This document shows positions 1 to 7,429 of a stretch of 48,308 bases of DNA, one piece after another (position 1 is the first letter of the stretch; each line of letters opens with the position of its first letter). The DNA lies in IMG/VR virus record IMGVR_UViG_3300048855_000042, positions 1 to 48,308 of that record. The stretch is one strand, 5' to 3'. This stretch comes from a virus. A program made the translations under genes and the position numbers. A model generated the notes under the pieces. That model searched no databases, was not told the origin of the DNA, and saw nothing but the letters and a program-made list of their open reading frames with translations.

Positions 1-127
1 TCCCTGACACGGCGATGCGCTGCGAGTTGGCGAGCACGATACCGTCGAAATTGTTAGGCTGGCTCTTGCTCGACCCGGAGACGATATTCCCGGCTATGGT
101 GCAATCCGCGCTTCCCTCTTGGAGAAC
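1..127. repeat. Terminal overlap, copy 1: bases 1-127 are identical to 48182-48308 (unique genome length 48181 bp; circular or terminally redundant)
   Basis: Read directly: the first 127 nt equal the last 127 nt. The overlap lies inside one continuous minus-strand ORF, so it is not an att site. Confidence 0.95.
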
Positions 128-1759
128 AACGCCGTGGGTGTGGGTGTTCTCTATGAAGTTCCCAGTAATCGTTGCGCGCTCAGCGGACTGAAGATTTATA
201 GCGACGAGGCACTCGTCGAACTGATTGCAGACAATCATGTTCTCCGTGTTGTTATACATGTATACGCCAGCACCGGCGCCGCCTGACCCTCCATCGCGGA
301 TGGCGTTGTTCGAGATCATGCCCCCGTACACTTCTTGACCGAAGTACACGCAATCTCCGTCTATCCCGCTGATGTAGTTGTCGGTGATCCACGGAAACGC
401 GGTGATCCGGTCGGGCCACACGCCGTCCGCGCTCAACCCCCGCTCGGAGATCTCCTGGACAACGCACTCTGCCAGCCTGAAATGTGCTGTCCCTTTAAGG
501 ACGATGCCGTTGCCCTGCGTGTTGTTCGTCCGGTTGCCGTCGAACGATATGCCCCGCACGGTGATGTGCTCGAGGTACGTCGAGTTGTCGCCGACGTCCA
601 GCATGTCGCAGTTCGCGCCGTCGGCGAGCCAGAGATACGTGCCACTGCCCTCGCCGGTGATCGTCAGACGGTTCTTCAGCACAGACACTGTGCTCGCCGG
701 GCGGTAGACACCGCTGGGGAGGTGAACGCTGCCGTGGTCCGGAGCCAGGTTGACCGCCGCCTGGAACGCTGGGGCACAGTCACCGCCAGAAACTGCGCCC
801 CACCAGGCGATATTGTACGCGCCTTCGACGATGCGCACCCACGCGCCGGACGCGCCGGTTGGATCCGACGCAGGAGCGACGTAGAGACCCTGCAGCGTGT
901 CAATCGCGACCATGCCCGAGAGATCGCTCGCCACCCACTCGAACGTGCCGGCGCGGAGGCTCTCACCGAGGTACGCGAGCGACCATCCGGCGGGCAGCTG
1001 TGCCAGCTCGACACGGGTGGCCACGGGGACAACGATCGTCTTTTTCTTGATCTGTGGGAGACCAACGGCGCCGTCCGGGAGAACTGCCCCCTCCGCCACC
1101 TGCGCCCATTGCTCCGCCTGCACGGCTGCGTCCTGCGCCTGGACGGCGCTGGTACCCGCCACGCCGGCGTCTGTGCTGGCGCTTGCCGCAGCAGCTACTG
1201 AGGTGGCGGCTGCGTTCTGGGCGCTCGTGGCTGAATTCTGAGAATTCGTCGCCGCTGACTGCGCAGCGCTCGCGCTGTTGGCGCTGGCCGATGCGCTCCC
1301 CGCTGCTGCGCCGGCAGAACTCGCGGCCGCACTCGCGCTGCCGGCCGCCGCAGTCGCGGCTGCCTCCGCATCGGCTGCGATACCCGAGAAATTCGCCAAG
1401 AGCGCCCATTTCGTCGGATCGAAAGTGGCCCCCGACGTATGCGCCGTCGTGCAGATATAGAAATCGTTGTTGTAGAAGACCGTCGAGGTCGTGTTGTATT
1501 GCGTCAGCGGCGCCCACGGCGCAGGGGGCTCGAAGCTCAGCCGGACGGAAGCCCCCAACTGGTCGATACCGACGACACCGGTCGCGAGACCGCCTGCCGG
1601 CGTCGTGAATTTCTTCAGGAAATCCACAATCTCCTGGGTCGACGTCGCCACGTCCTCGAATTGCGCGTCGACGTCGTTGCCCGGCAGTGGTTTGTTGGGA
1701 TTGGCGTTCTGAAACCCGAGGAAATCGAACGTCAACTCATACGGATCCGGGTACGGCAT
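1..1759 (-). CDS. Tailspike / tail fibre 2, 5' part of a 777-codon ORF that wraps the junction (1759->1, then 48181->47607)
   Basis: Absent from the ORF track because it runs off the window edge. Hand translation from ATG 1759 (2 nt after the stop of 1762-3483) stays open to base 1 and is in frame with 48308->47607. The N-terminal ~120 aa are paralogous to fibre 1 (DAQF, PWAP, TVFY, HTSGxTFD). An Ala/Ser heptad linker follows (ASAAASSAGAAAGSASASANSAS...), then beta-helix-type repeats (YNIAWWGAVSGGDCAPAFQAAV, RLTITGEGSGT, ISNNAIRDG, ITGNFIEN, IAGNIVSG). Confidence 0.85.
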   Translation of the reverse strand, partial: MPYPDPYELTFDFLGFQNANPNKPLPGNDVDAQFEDVATSTQEIVDFLKKFTTPAGGLATGVVGIDQLGASVRLSFEPPAPWAPLTQYNTTSTVFYNNDFYICTTAHTSGATFDPTKWALLANFSGIAADAEAAATAAAGSASAAASSAGAAAGSASASANSASAAQSAATNSQNSATSAQNAAATSVAAAASASTDAGVAGTSAVQAQDAAVQAEQWAQVAEGAVLPDGAVGLPQIKKKTIVVPVATRVELAQLPAGWSLAYLGESLRAGTFEWVASDLSGMVAIDTLQGLYVAPASDPTGASGAWVRIVEGAYNIAWWGAVSGGDCAPAFQAAVNLAPDHGSVHLPSGVYRPASTVSVLKNRLTITGEGSGTYLWLADGANCDMLDVGDNSTYLEHITVRGISFDGNRTNNTQGNGIVLKGTAHFRLAECVVQEISERGLSADGVWPDRITAFPWITDNYISGIDGDCVYFGQEVYGGMISNNAIRDGGSGGAGAGVYMYNNTENMIVCNQFDECLVAINLQSAERATITGNFIENTHTHGVVLQEGSADCTIAGNIVSGSSKSQPNNFDGIVLANSQRIAVSG

Positions 1760-1761
1760 CG

Positions 1762-3483
1762 TCAGTGCGCCTTCATGATCTTGTTGACGACGAGCGTCGG
1801 CTGCACGTTCGGGTGCGCCTCGTCGCCGCCCTGAAAGTCCGTGGTGATCCCGTGCTGGTGATCGCCTGCAAGTTCTGTCTGAAACGTCTCGTTGCCTGTC
1901 GTGACATAGGTGAAGGGGAGCCCCCCGCCTGTCGCAGTCGTGTTGGTAGAATTCGTCTTATGCTGGTAGTTGTGCTGATGGTTGCCAGCGACATTCGTCG
2001 TGCCGCCATGTTGATGGCGCGGGCCCTGACCCTGCGTGAGTTGGTGCCGATCGGCGCCGCCAGCGGCGCCCAGAACAACGCCATTGATGCCAGACGTACC
2101 GAGGCCGGAATTCGTCAGACGGTTCGCGGCGACACCGCCCATGTTGTCTTTGCCGGCGCCCAAGCGCCCGCGATAGTCCGGCGCGAGCGGATGGCCTCCG
2201 ACGCTGCCGTACGGGCTGCCCGCGTCGATCAGCGCTTGCCGGAGGACCGGGTACGTTGTCGTGATCTGCTGCCCTGCCGCGGCTACCCATCCGGCCGGAA
2301 TGGCGCTCTCGGGGAGCCCGAAGTCCCAGACGATACCAACCGGTATCAGGAGATCCCTGAGCGCCTTCAAGGCCGTCTGGTCGATCTTGGTAGCGTCGAC
2401 AGACGACGCGGCGAGCTCCGTCTTCGTGACCGCGCCGGCGACGATCGCCCGCGTCGCCACGCTGTCGTCGGCGAGCTTCGGCTCCGTGACGACGCCATCC
2501 GCCAACTTCGCGGGCGTCGAGACGCCGCCATCGGACACGGCGCGGAACTCGGCCGAGCCGAAAATCACCCAGAAATAGGCCGTGCCGTTCGGCGGGGTGG
2601 TCGTGCGGTGCAGGGTCGTCCCGGCGATCGTGTAGTCGACGCCCGGGCGCTTCGGCGCGCCAGCCTCGACAAACAGGACGCGCTCGGCGACGACCGGGTC
2701 TTCCGGGAGCGTCACATCCGTCGAGACGCCGTCCCACGTGCCACCACCGGTCGACCAATTGTTCGTCTGAAACGCCGTGTGAGCCTGATCGGCCCAATAT
2801 TTCGCCGAATACTGATCCGGACCCGTCTCGACCGGGCCATCCATCTTCTCGGCCCATTCCTCGGCCAGATCGGCATACATTTTCGCGTCGGAGACGTTGC
2901 CCGGCGCGTCGATGATCGCCTGGATATTCGTCGCAACCGTCTCGATCGCCACGATGTTGGTGGCGATCGTCTGCACGTTCGGCGACGTCGCCCACCATTT
3001 CGCCGAATACTGATCCGGGCCCGTCTCAACCGGGCCATCCGTCTTCTCGGCCCATTCCTGCGCCAGGGCGGCCGCGGCTTGCGCCTCGGTCGTCGCCGCG
3101 GTGAAATCGGCGATCACTTCCCAGAGCGTCTCGTCGAAGGTGTCGCCGGAGGTGTGCTGGGTTAGAGCGCGCCAGAAGATGTCGTCGTAGAAAACGGTGT
3201 CGAGCGCCGTGTAGACGGTGTTCGGCGCCCATGGCGTCGGCGCGTTGAAGCCGAGCGTGATATCCGACTTGAGCTGCTCGCGGCCGACCGTGTTGTTGGC
3301 GAGGTTGCCGTCGTCGCGCTGGATCTTGCCCAGATTGGCGATGAGCTCGTCGGTCGTGACCTGGATCGCCGAGAACTGCGCGTCCAAGCTGACGCCCGGC
3401 TGAGGCTTCAGCGGGTATTGCGCCGACCAATTGGTGAAGGCGAAGCTTGGCAGATATCGTTCCGGCTGGGGCATCGTCGCCAT
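1762..3483 (-). CDS. Tail fibre 1 with fibre repeats and C-terminal collar-type domain
   Basis: 573-aa ORF. Two copies of EWAEK(T/M)DGPVETGPDQYSAK(W/Y)WA. Collar-like segment IPAGWVAAAGQQI...PDYRGRLGAGKDN. HxH-rich tip (NHQHNYQH, DHQHG). Confidence 0.9.
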   Translation of the reverse strand: MATMPQPERYLPSFAFTNWSAQYPLKPQPGVSLDAQFSAIQVTTDELIANLGKIQRDDGNLANNTVGREQLKSDITLGFNAPTPWAPNTVYTALDTVFYDDIFWRALTQHTSGDTFDETLWEVIADFTAATTEAQAAAALAQEWAEKTDGPVETGPDQYSAKWWATSPNVQTIATNIVAIETVATNIQAIIDAPGNVSDAKMYADLAEEWAEKMDGPVETGPDQYSAKYWADQAHTAFQTNNWSTGGGTWDGVSTDVTLPEDPVVAERVLFVEAGAPKRPGVDYTIAGTTLHRTTTPPNGTAYFWVIFGSAEFRAVSDGGVSTPAKLADGVVTEPKLADDSVATRAIVAGAVTKTELAASSVDATKIDQTALKALRDLLIPVGIVWDFGLPESAIPAGWVAAAGQQITTTYPVLRQALIDAGSPYGSVGGHPLAPDYRGRLGAGKDNMGGVAANRLTNSGLGTSGINGVVLGAAGGADRHQLTQGQGPRHQHGGTTNVAGNHQHNYQHKTNSTNTTATGGGLPFTYVTTGNETFQTELAGDHQHGITTDFQGGDEAHPNVQPTLVVNKIMKAH

Positions 3484-3541
3484 TGCGCTCGAGGCCGGTG
3501 GCGAGCCGAAAATCTGCCGAAAGTCGTTAAAGACTACAACG
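3457..3541. repeat. 85-bp direct repeat, copy A (partner 46603-46687); on the minus strand it supplies the leader plus the first 9 codons (MATMPQPER) of fibre 1
   Basis: 70-nt perfect core (3457-3526 = 46603-46672), then 11 of 15 further matches. Confidence 0.95.
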
Positions 3542-3705
3542 TCCGTCCGAGAAACTCAATAGGCGACGCGGCCCAGGGGTAGCTTGCGAAACGTGAAGCC
3601 GAGTTAGGTGGCGCTAGCCCCAAGCGCCGCCTCACGTCTACCGCGTCAATGACCCTCGATGTCGGCGAGGGTCAATCCGTCCCGCCGGCCGCTCCCTCTT
3701 CGGTA

Positions 3706-3760
3706 AGCCCGGCTCAGCCCGGCTCAGCCCGGCTCAGCCCGGCTCAGCCCGGCTCAGCCC
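3706..3760. repeat. Tandem 10-bp repeat (GGCTCAGCCC / AGCCCGGCTC), 5.5 units
   Basis: Read directly. Non-coding, 27 nt downstream (minus sense) of the stop at 3788 and about 220 nt upstream of the fibre 1 start. Confidence 0.95.
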
Positions 3761-3787
3761 AGCTTCGGGGCGGCCGGCGGTGCGCCT

Positions 3788-4015
3788 TCAGCTTGCGACG
3801 CAGCCCTCGATAGCCTTGCGCAGCGCGTTGGAGCGATCCTGGCGCACGTTTTCGTCCCCGTTCTCATGGATTGCGTGCGCCAGGGCGGATACCCGCTCCC
3901 AATGTGCCAGCAGGAAGAGACGGAGGTTCGCCTCTGGGATGTCCACGCCAAGATCGCGGCGCATCAACTCGGACAAATGCTTTTCGGGATCCCGGTCTCT
4001 ACTGGCGACACCCAT
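3788..4015 (-). CDS. Hypothetical 75-aa protein
   Basis: ORF-track 3788..4129 trimmed to ATG 4015, which has GGGAGAG 7 nt upstream. MGVASRDRDPEKHLSELMRRDLG... No recognisable domain. Confidence 0.5.
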   Translation of the reverse strand: MGVASRDRDPEKHLSELMRRDLGVDIPEANLRLFLLAHWERVSALAHAIHENGDENVRQDRSNALRKAIEGCVAS

Positions 4016-4111
4016 ATCGAAGCTCTCCCTTGTGGCTCTGCGTCGAGACTGCAGACGAAACATACAGCGATCAAACGCTACAGCAGATGCCGACCGTCTG
4101 CAAGCGCTTCT

Positions 4112-4132
4112 GGCGTTAAAACAGATCACCGG
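4112..4132 (-). promoter_or_regulatory. Copy of the 22-bp intergenic motif (CCGGTGATCTGTTTTAACGCC)
   Basis: Shares an exact 19-mer, ATCTGTTTTAACGCCAGAA (4108-4126 minus), with 17414-17432 plus. Intergenic, oriented with local transcription. Confidence 0.6.
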
Positions 4133-4393
4133 GTCGGCATGGCGGCGATCAGGCGCCTAGAAGATCGGCCCTGGCGCCTTACCGGCTCGCCGGTTGCGGC
4201 CGGTGATCGAGCAAATGCGGATCGGCTGTGAGCGACTAGCCGGGCTCAGAACGCTATAGCCAAAGATCGCAAAAATGCGAAATTTAGTGTTGGCGGGCGG
4301 CGGCGGTCTTCACTCCACCTCCAGCCTACCCCAGGGGGGCGACCCGGCCCTCCGATGGTCGTCGTCGCCTCGTCTAGGCGAAAACACCCAAGG

Positions 4394-4933
4394 CTAGCTC
4401 AGCATTTCACTGGCGTCTGGCTCGCTAACTGGCTCACCATCGATCACGTCAACAGGCTTTGCCCTCGCGGATAGGTCACGCTCAAGACGCTGCACCGCGT
4501 CGCGTAGCTCGCCTAGGCTCATCTCGCTTAGAGGCTTCTCGCCGTCCGGTTCCTTCGGCTGTGCATAGGTGCTCGGGCCGAAGCCAGCGCGGTCTAGGAG
4601 CGTCTTTGCAGCCTCTAGACGCGTCTTGTCCGTGGCGCCTGGCTTGTCGACGAGATCGATCAGCGTCTTTACCGCCTTTGCAACGCCCGTCGTGCGCAAA
4701 TCGGCGCCAGCCTCGCCCATCATCCGCACCTGAACCTGCGGCGAACGGATGAGGGAACGCGCGGTCTTGAAGGCCTCTATACCCTCGTAACCCATTGCCT
4801 CTGCTGCTCTAAGCGGCTCATATCCTTTTAGTAATAGATCTATAAACGACTGCTGCAGCGGCGTTAATTCCGCCACACGCGTGAACGTGTCCATCCGCTT
4901 ATCAAAACCGCTCATCTGTCCATCCGTCTGCAT
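4394..4933 (-). CDS. terS: Terminase small subunit-like protein
   Basis: ORF-track 4394..4975 (TTG) trimmed to ATG 4933 (alternative ATG 4915). LTPLQQSFIDLLLKGYEPLRAAEAMGY...TRLEAAKTLLDRAGFG resembles the HTH plus core of Terminase_2-type small subunits. Confidence 0.6.
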   Translation of the reverse strand: MQTDGQMSGFDKRMDTFTRVAELTPLQQSFIDLLLKGYEPLRAAEAMGYEGIEAFKTARSLIRSPQVQVRMMGEAGADLRTTGVAKAVKTLIDLVDKPGATDKTRLEAAKTLLDRAGFGPSTYAQPKEPDGEKPLSEMSLGELRDAVQRLERDLSARAKPVDVIDGEPVSEPDASEMLS

Positions 4934-5035
4934 TTCCGCCCGACGAGAAATATAGCGAAACGCTTGCCTCGCCAAGGGTTCGCCGCGTCAAAGGCGTCGG
5001 CGCTGAAAATTATGTCGCCTTTGTCGTCTTTTCCG

Positions 5036-5064
5036 CTTGCAGATATAGACGACAAAGGCTATAG
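5036..5064 (+). promoter_or_regulatory. Sigma70-type promoter for the 5098 early operon
   Basis: CTTGCA (5036-5041), 17 nt, CTATAG (5059-5064). It lies 34 nt before ATG 5098 (SD ACGGAGAG). Close to the rhizobial consensus CTTGAC-N17-CTATAT. Confidence 0.55.
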
Positions 5065-5097
5065 CTATTCCATCAAGAGCGGGACACGGAGAGCGTC

Positions 5098-5325
5098 ATG
5101 CGCAGCACCGTCATCCACCAGCGTAATGGCTGGGCCCTCACCAGCTACGGCAACGGTTGGGCTTACAGCTTGGCGCTCACCGAAAACGAAAAGACCAAAT
5201 CAGTGTGGTTCCAGGACGACGACGCAAACGAGTTCCGAGCTCGCGTCATGGACGATGAAGGCTGGCTGCTCGACGACGCCGAGGAGCGTTTCGCAGACTA
5301 TTCTGAGGTGATGCGTGAAGATTAA
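5098..5325 (+). CDS. Hypothetical acidic 75-aa protein
   Basis: ORF with SD and promoter upstream. MRSTVIHQRNGWALTSYGNGWAYSL... Confidence 0.65.
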   Translation: MRSTVIHQRNGWALTSYGNGWAYSLALTENEKTKSVWFQDDDANEFRARVMDDEGWLLDDAEERFADYSEVMRED

Positions 5326-5585
5326 ACAACCTTCCAGCGCATGCACTGTGTAATCGCAGTGCATGAGCGGGCAGGCGAACCGCAAGACCAATAAGAACAC
5401 GGCCCATAATAAGAACAACCGCGCCCAACGATAACAGCCGCAAAGGATACAACTTATGCTGTATTATCTTTTATTATAGCGCGATCGGGGTGCGCATAGC
5501 GCAGCGCCTTGAGGCCATTTGGGGTGCAAGTGGCCTCACACGGTGTGCTTTCAGCGACTTTTTCGCTACAGACCCGGAGCCAAAA

Positions 5586-6059
5586 ATGACCATCACCGTT
5601 GAACAGCTTGTGAGCCGTGAAGTCGGCCATTGCGTTTCGTCGCTCGTCTCCACGCTGGCGGGCTCCGACTACCCGCACGGCGCCGACGATCTCGGCTCCC
5701 TGATGGATCAAGCCCAAGAACTCGCCGCGCCCGTCCCTGACTATGAGAGCGCCGCCGTGGAGGACGGTTGGAGCCGCGACCCGCACACCGGCGACTTTCA
5801 CCACAAGGAACACGGTCACGTCATCGAAACGGCCGGTTGGCAAGGTATCTGTGAAGGCTGGGACATCGAGCCCTACGACCGCGAAGTGTTCGAGCATTGG
5901 ATCGTGTCCGACTGGCTCGCTGATGAGCTGATCAAGCACGGCGAGAAGGTCGATAAGGACTTCGCAGGCTTGTGCGTCTGGGCCCGCACTACTTCCGGCC
6001 AAGCGATCTATGCGGATAGTGTGATCGAGGACATCCACGCCGAGCTGACCGCGCCTTAA
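5586..6059 (+). CDS. Hypothetical acidic 157-aa protein
   Basis: ORF-track 5490..6059 trimmed to ATG 5586, with GGAG upstream. ...EVFEHWIVSDWLADELIKHGEKV... No domain I can name. Confidence 0.7.
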   Translation: MTITVEQLVSREVGHCVSSLVSTLAGSDYPHGADDLGSLMDQAQELAAPVPDYESAAVEDGWSRDPHTGDFHHKEHGHVIETAGWQGICEGWDIEPYDREVFEHWIVSDWLADELIKHGEKVDKDFAGLCVWARTTSGQAIYADSVIEDIHAELTAP

Positions 6060-6064
6060 CACGC

Positions 6065-6086
6065 CCTGAAAATCAGCTTTAACGCC
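6065..6086 (+). promoter_or_regulatory. 22-bp intergenic motif copy (CCTGAAAATCAGCTTTAACGCC)
   Basis: Starts 5 nt after stop 6057-6059. 14 nt, including GGAG, separate it from ATG 6101. Confidence 0.6.
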
Positions 6087-6100
6087 TTTGGAGACCAAAG

Positions 6101-6256
6101 ATGCATACGCCTGGCCCCAAGCCCCGCCGGCTCCGCGCGCTCTACTGGGCCCTGATCGTGCTCTACCTGGCATGGAGCGGCCTCGCGATCGCCTCGTTCT
6201 TCGGCTTCTCACTCGTCGCCGATGACGCGACCACCTCGGAGGGGCTCCAGCAATGA
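6101..6256 (+). CDS. Small membrane protein, 51 aa
   Basis: Below the track size cut-off. ATG 6101 with GGAG upstream. MHTPGPKPRRLRALYWALIVLYLAWSGLAIASFFGFSLVADD... has one TM helix. Its stop overlaps the next start (ATGA 6253-6256). Confidence 0.55.
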   Translation: MHTPGPKPRRLRALYWALIVLYLAWSGLAIASFFGFSLVADDATTSEGLQQ

Positions 6257-6498
6257 CCCTCCTCGCCTTTCCAGGCCACAAATGGCACCGCTGCGAGAAG
6301 CCTGGGTGCCTCTTATGCGAGCACAAGCTGGCGCTGTGTGTCCGCTGCGGCGGGGCGGAAATCTCGCTGCCGACCGACTGCCCCGGCGAGCTCATGACCG
6401 ACGAGCAGGAAGCCTCGGTCGAGTTCGGCAAACTCAACTTTCGCTTCGGCCGCGGATGGGTCTGCGAGCCAGCGCATAAACGGAGATTTGGGCCATGA
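6253..6498 (+). CDS. Cys-rich (zinc-ribbon-like) 81-aa protein
   Basis: HRCEKPGCLLCEH...CVRCGG...DCPG. Confidence 0.65.
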   Translation: MTLLAFPGHKWHRCEKPGCLLCEHKLALCVRCGGAEISLPTDCPGELMTDEQEASVEFGKLNFRFGRGWVCEPAHKRRFGP

Positions 6499-6602
6499 TC
6501 CGCACCGCCTTATCCCTCGCCGCCGACTTCGTCGCCTTTATCGTCTACATCGCCGGCGTCTGCGGCCTCGTCATCGGCTTTTCCGCTCTCCTCGGCGCCT
6601 AG
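6495..6602 (+). CDS. Possible 35-aa single-TM peptide
   Basis: ATGA overlap with the upstream stop. MIRTALSLAADFVAFIVYIAGVCGLVIGFSALLGA. Too short to be certain. Confidence 0.4.
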   Translation: MIRTALSLAADFVAFIVYIAGVCGLVIGFSALLGA

Positions 6603-6675
6603 GCAGCCGGCGCACCCCGCCTCGGCCGTTCTAGGCCCCTTTCTGGCCATTCTCGCCCCATCAGGACCGTCGACA

Positions 6676-6855
6676 ATGCCGAACGCCACCTTCACCGCCT
6701 TCTGCAACCGCCTCGCGGCGCTCTACGCTGCGCAAAACGCCCTGCGGCTTGCATACCCATTCTACGTCGCGATCCACACCCGGTGCACCTTTGACAGCCT
6801 GGAGAGCGACACCCGCGAAAAATGGCGCGCCATAGATGCCATCGTTTGGTGCTGA
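6676..6855 (+). CDS. Hypothetical 59-aa protein
   Basis: Just under the track cut-off. Third codon positions are almost all G/C. MPNATFTAFCNRLAALYAAQNALRLAYPFYVAIH... Confidence 0.5.
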   Translation: MPNATFTAFCNRLAALYAAQNALRLAYPFYVAIHTRCTFDSLESDTREKWRAIDAIVWC

Positions 6856-6981
6856 ACCGAAAAGGACCACCGCCATGATCTTCATTTTCTTACGCCTCGG
6901 CTGCGCAATTGCGCTCCTCGCCCTCATCGCCTCCGGCCACGGGTAGCTCGACACCTCCAACCCGTCTAGATTTGCTCCCCG

Positions 6982-7419
6982 TTGGCGCCCACCGCTTCAC
7001 GGGGATTTTCTTTGTCCAGATCACTCGCCCTCACCACCCTCGCCGCTGCGCTCGCGCTCTCCGCCTGCGTCAGCACCGCTCAGGAACAACCCCGCACGGT
7101 TCGCCCTGGCAAGCTCGCCTACCAAGTCACCTCGAAGCCACAAGGCCCGTACACGGTCGCCCTCTGGTTCGACACGACCGGCCGGCGCCGCAATGACGCC
7201 GCCAAGGAGCAAGACCTCGCGGCCTGCCGCTTCGCGATCCAATCCATCGCGGCCTCTCGCCCGCCTGGTGTCTTCTTCCCGGGCTCGGGCGCAAACACCG
7301 CTGCCGCCAACATCATCAATGCCGACGAGCCCGACTTGCCGAGCTTCGACGATTGCATGTTGGCGCGGGGTTGGCGCTTCGTCGGATATGCCCGTCCCGA
7401 CGACACCGGCACTCCCTGA
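6982..7419 (+). CDS. Lipoprotein, 145 aa
   Basis: Signal peptide RGFSLSRSLALTTLAAALALSAC with lipobox LSAC. The start is TTG in the track and is uncertain. Confidence 0.7.
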   Translation: MAPTASRGFSLSRSLALTTLAAALALSACVSTAQEQPRTVRPGKLAYQVTSKPQGPYTVALWFDTTGRRRNDAAKEQDLAACRFAIQSIAASRPPGVFFPGSGANTAAANIINADEPDLPSFDDCMLARGWRFVGYARPDDTGTP

Positions 7420-7429
7420 CGGACCCCAA

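Noticed and set aside
1-127. Terminal repeats as prophage att sites or LTR-like mobile-element ends.
   Set aside because: The repeat lies inside a single uninterrupted tailspike ORF. Its 127-nt length is typical of assembly overlap of a circular or permuted molecule.
2792-3066. Possible diversity-generating retroelement (TR/VR pair) in tail fibre 1. The candidate pair is 2792-2868 versus 2990-3066, about 77 bp with 8 mismatches.
   Set aside because: Both copies are in frame within the same gene and encode the reiterated fibre peptide EWAEKxDGPVETGPDQYSAKxWA. The substitutions are not adenine-specific. No reverse transcriptase ORF exists in the genome.
3706-3760. Possible CRISPR array.
   Set aside because: The units are 10 bp and directly abutting, with no spacers. 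No cas genes are present. It is a simple tandem repeat.
5200-5418. Hydrophobic 72-aa minus-strand ORF (MFLLWAVFLLVLRF...).
   Set aside because: Its hydrophobic start is just the translation of the AATAAGAACA direct repeats. It uses rare A/T-ending codons and overlaps the 5098-5325 gene antisense. I treat it as non-coding.
6065-6086. CtrA box (TTAA-N7-TTAAC), or an intrinsic terminator, as the explanation of the 22-bp motif.
   Set aside because: The first half-site reads GAAA, and the TTAAC half is not conserved (TTACC, TTATC in two copies). There is no conserved stem and no U-tract.
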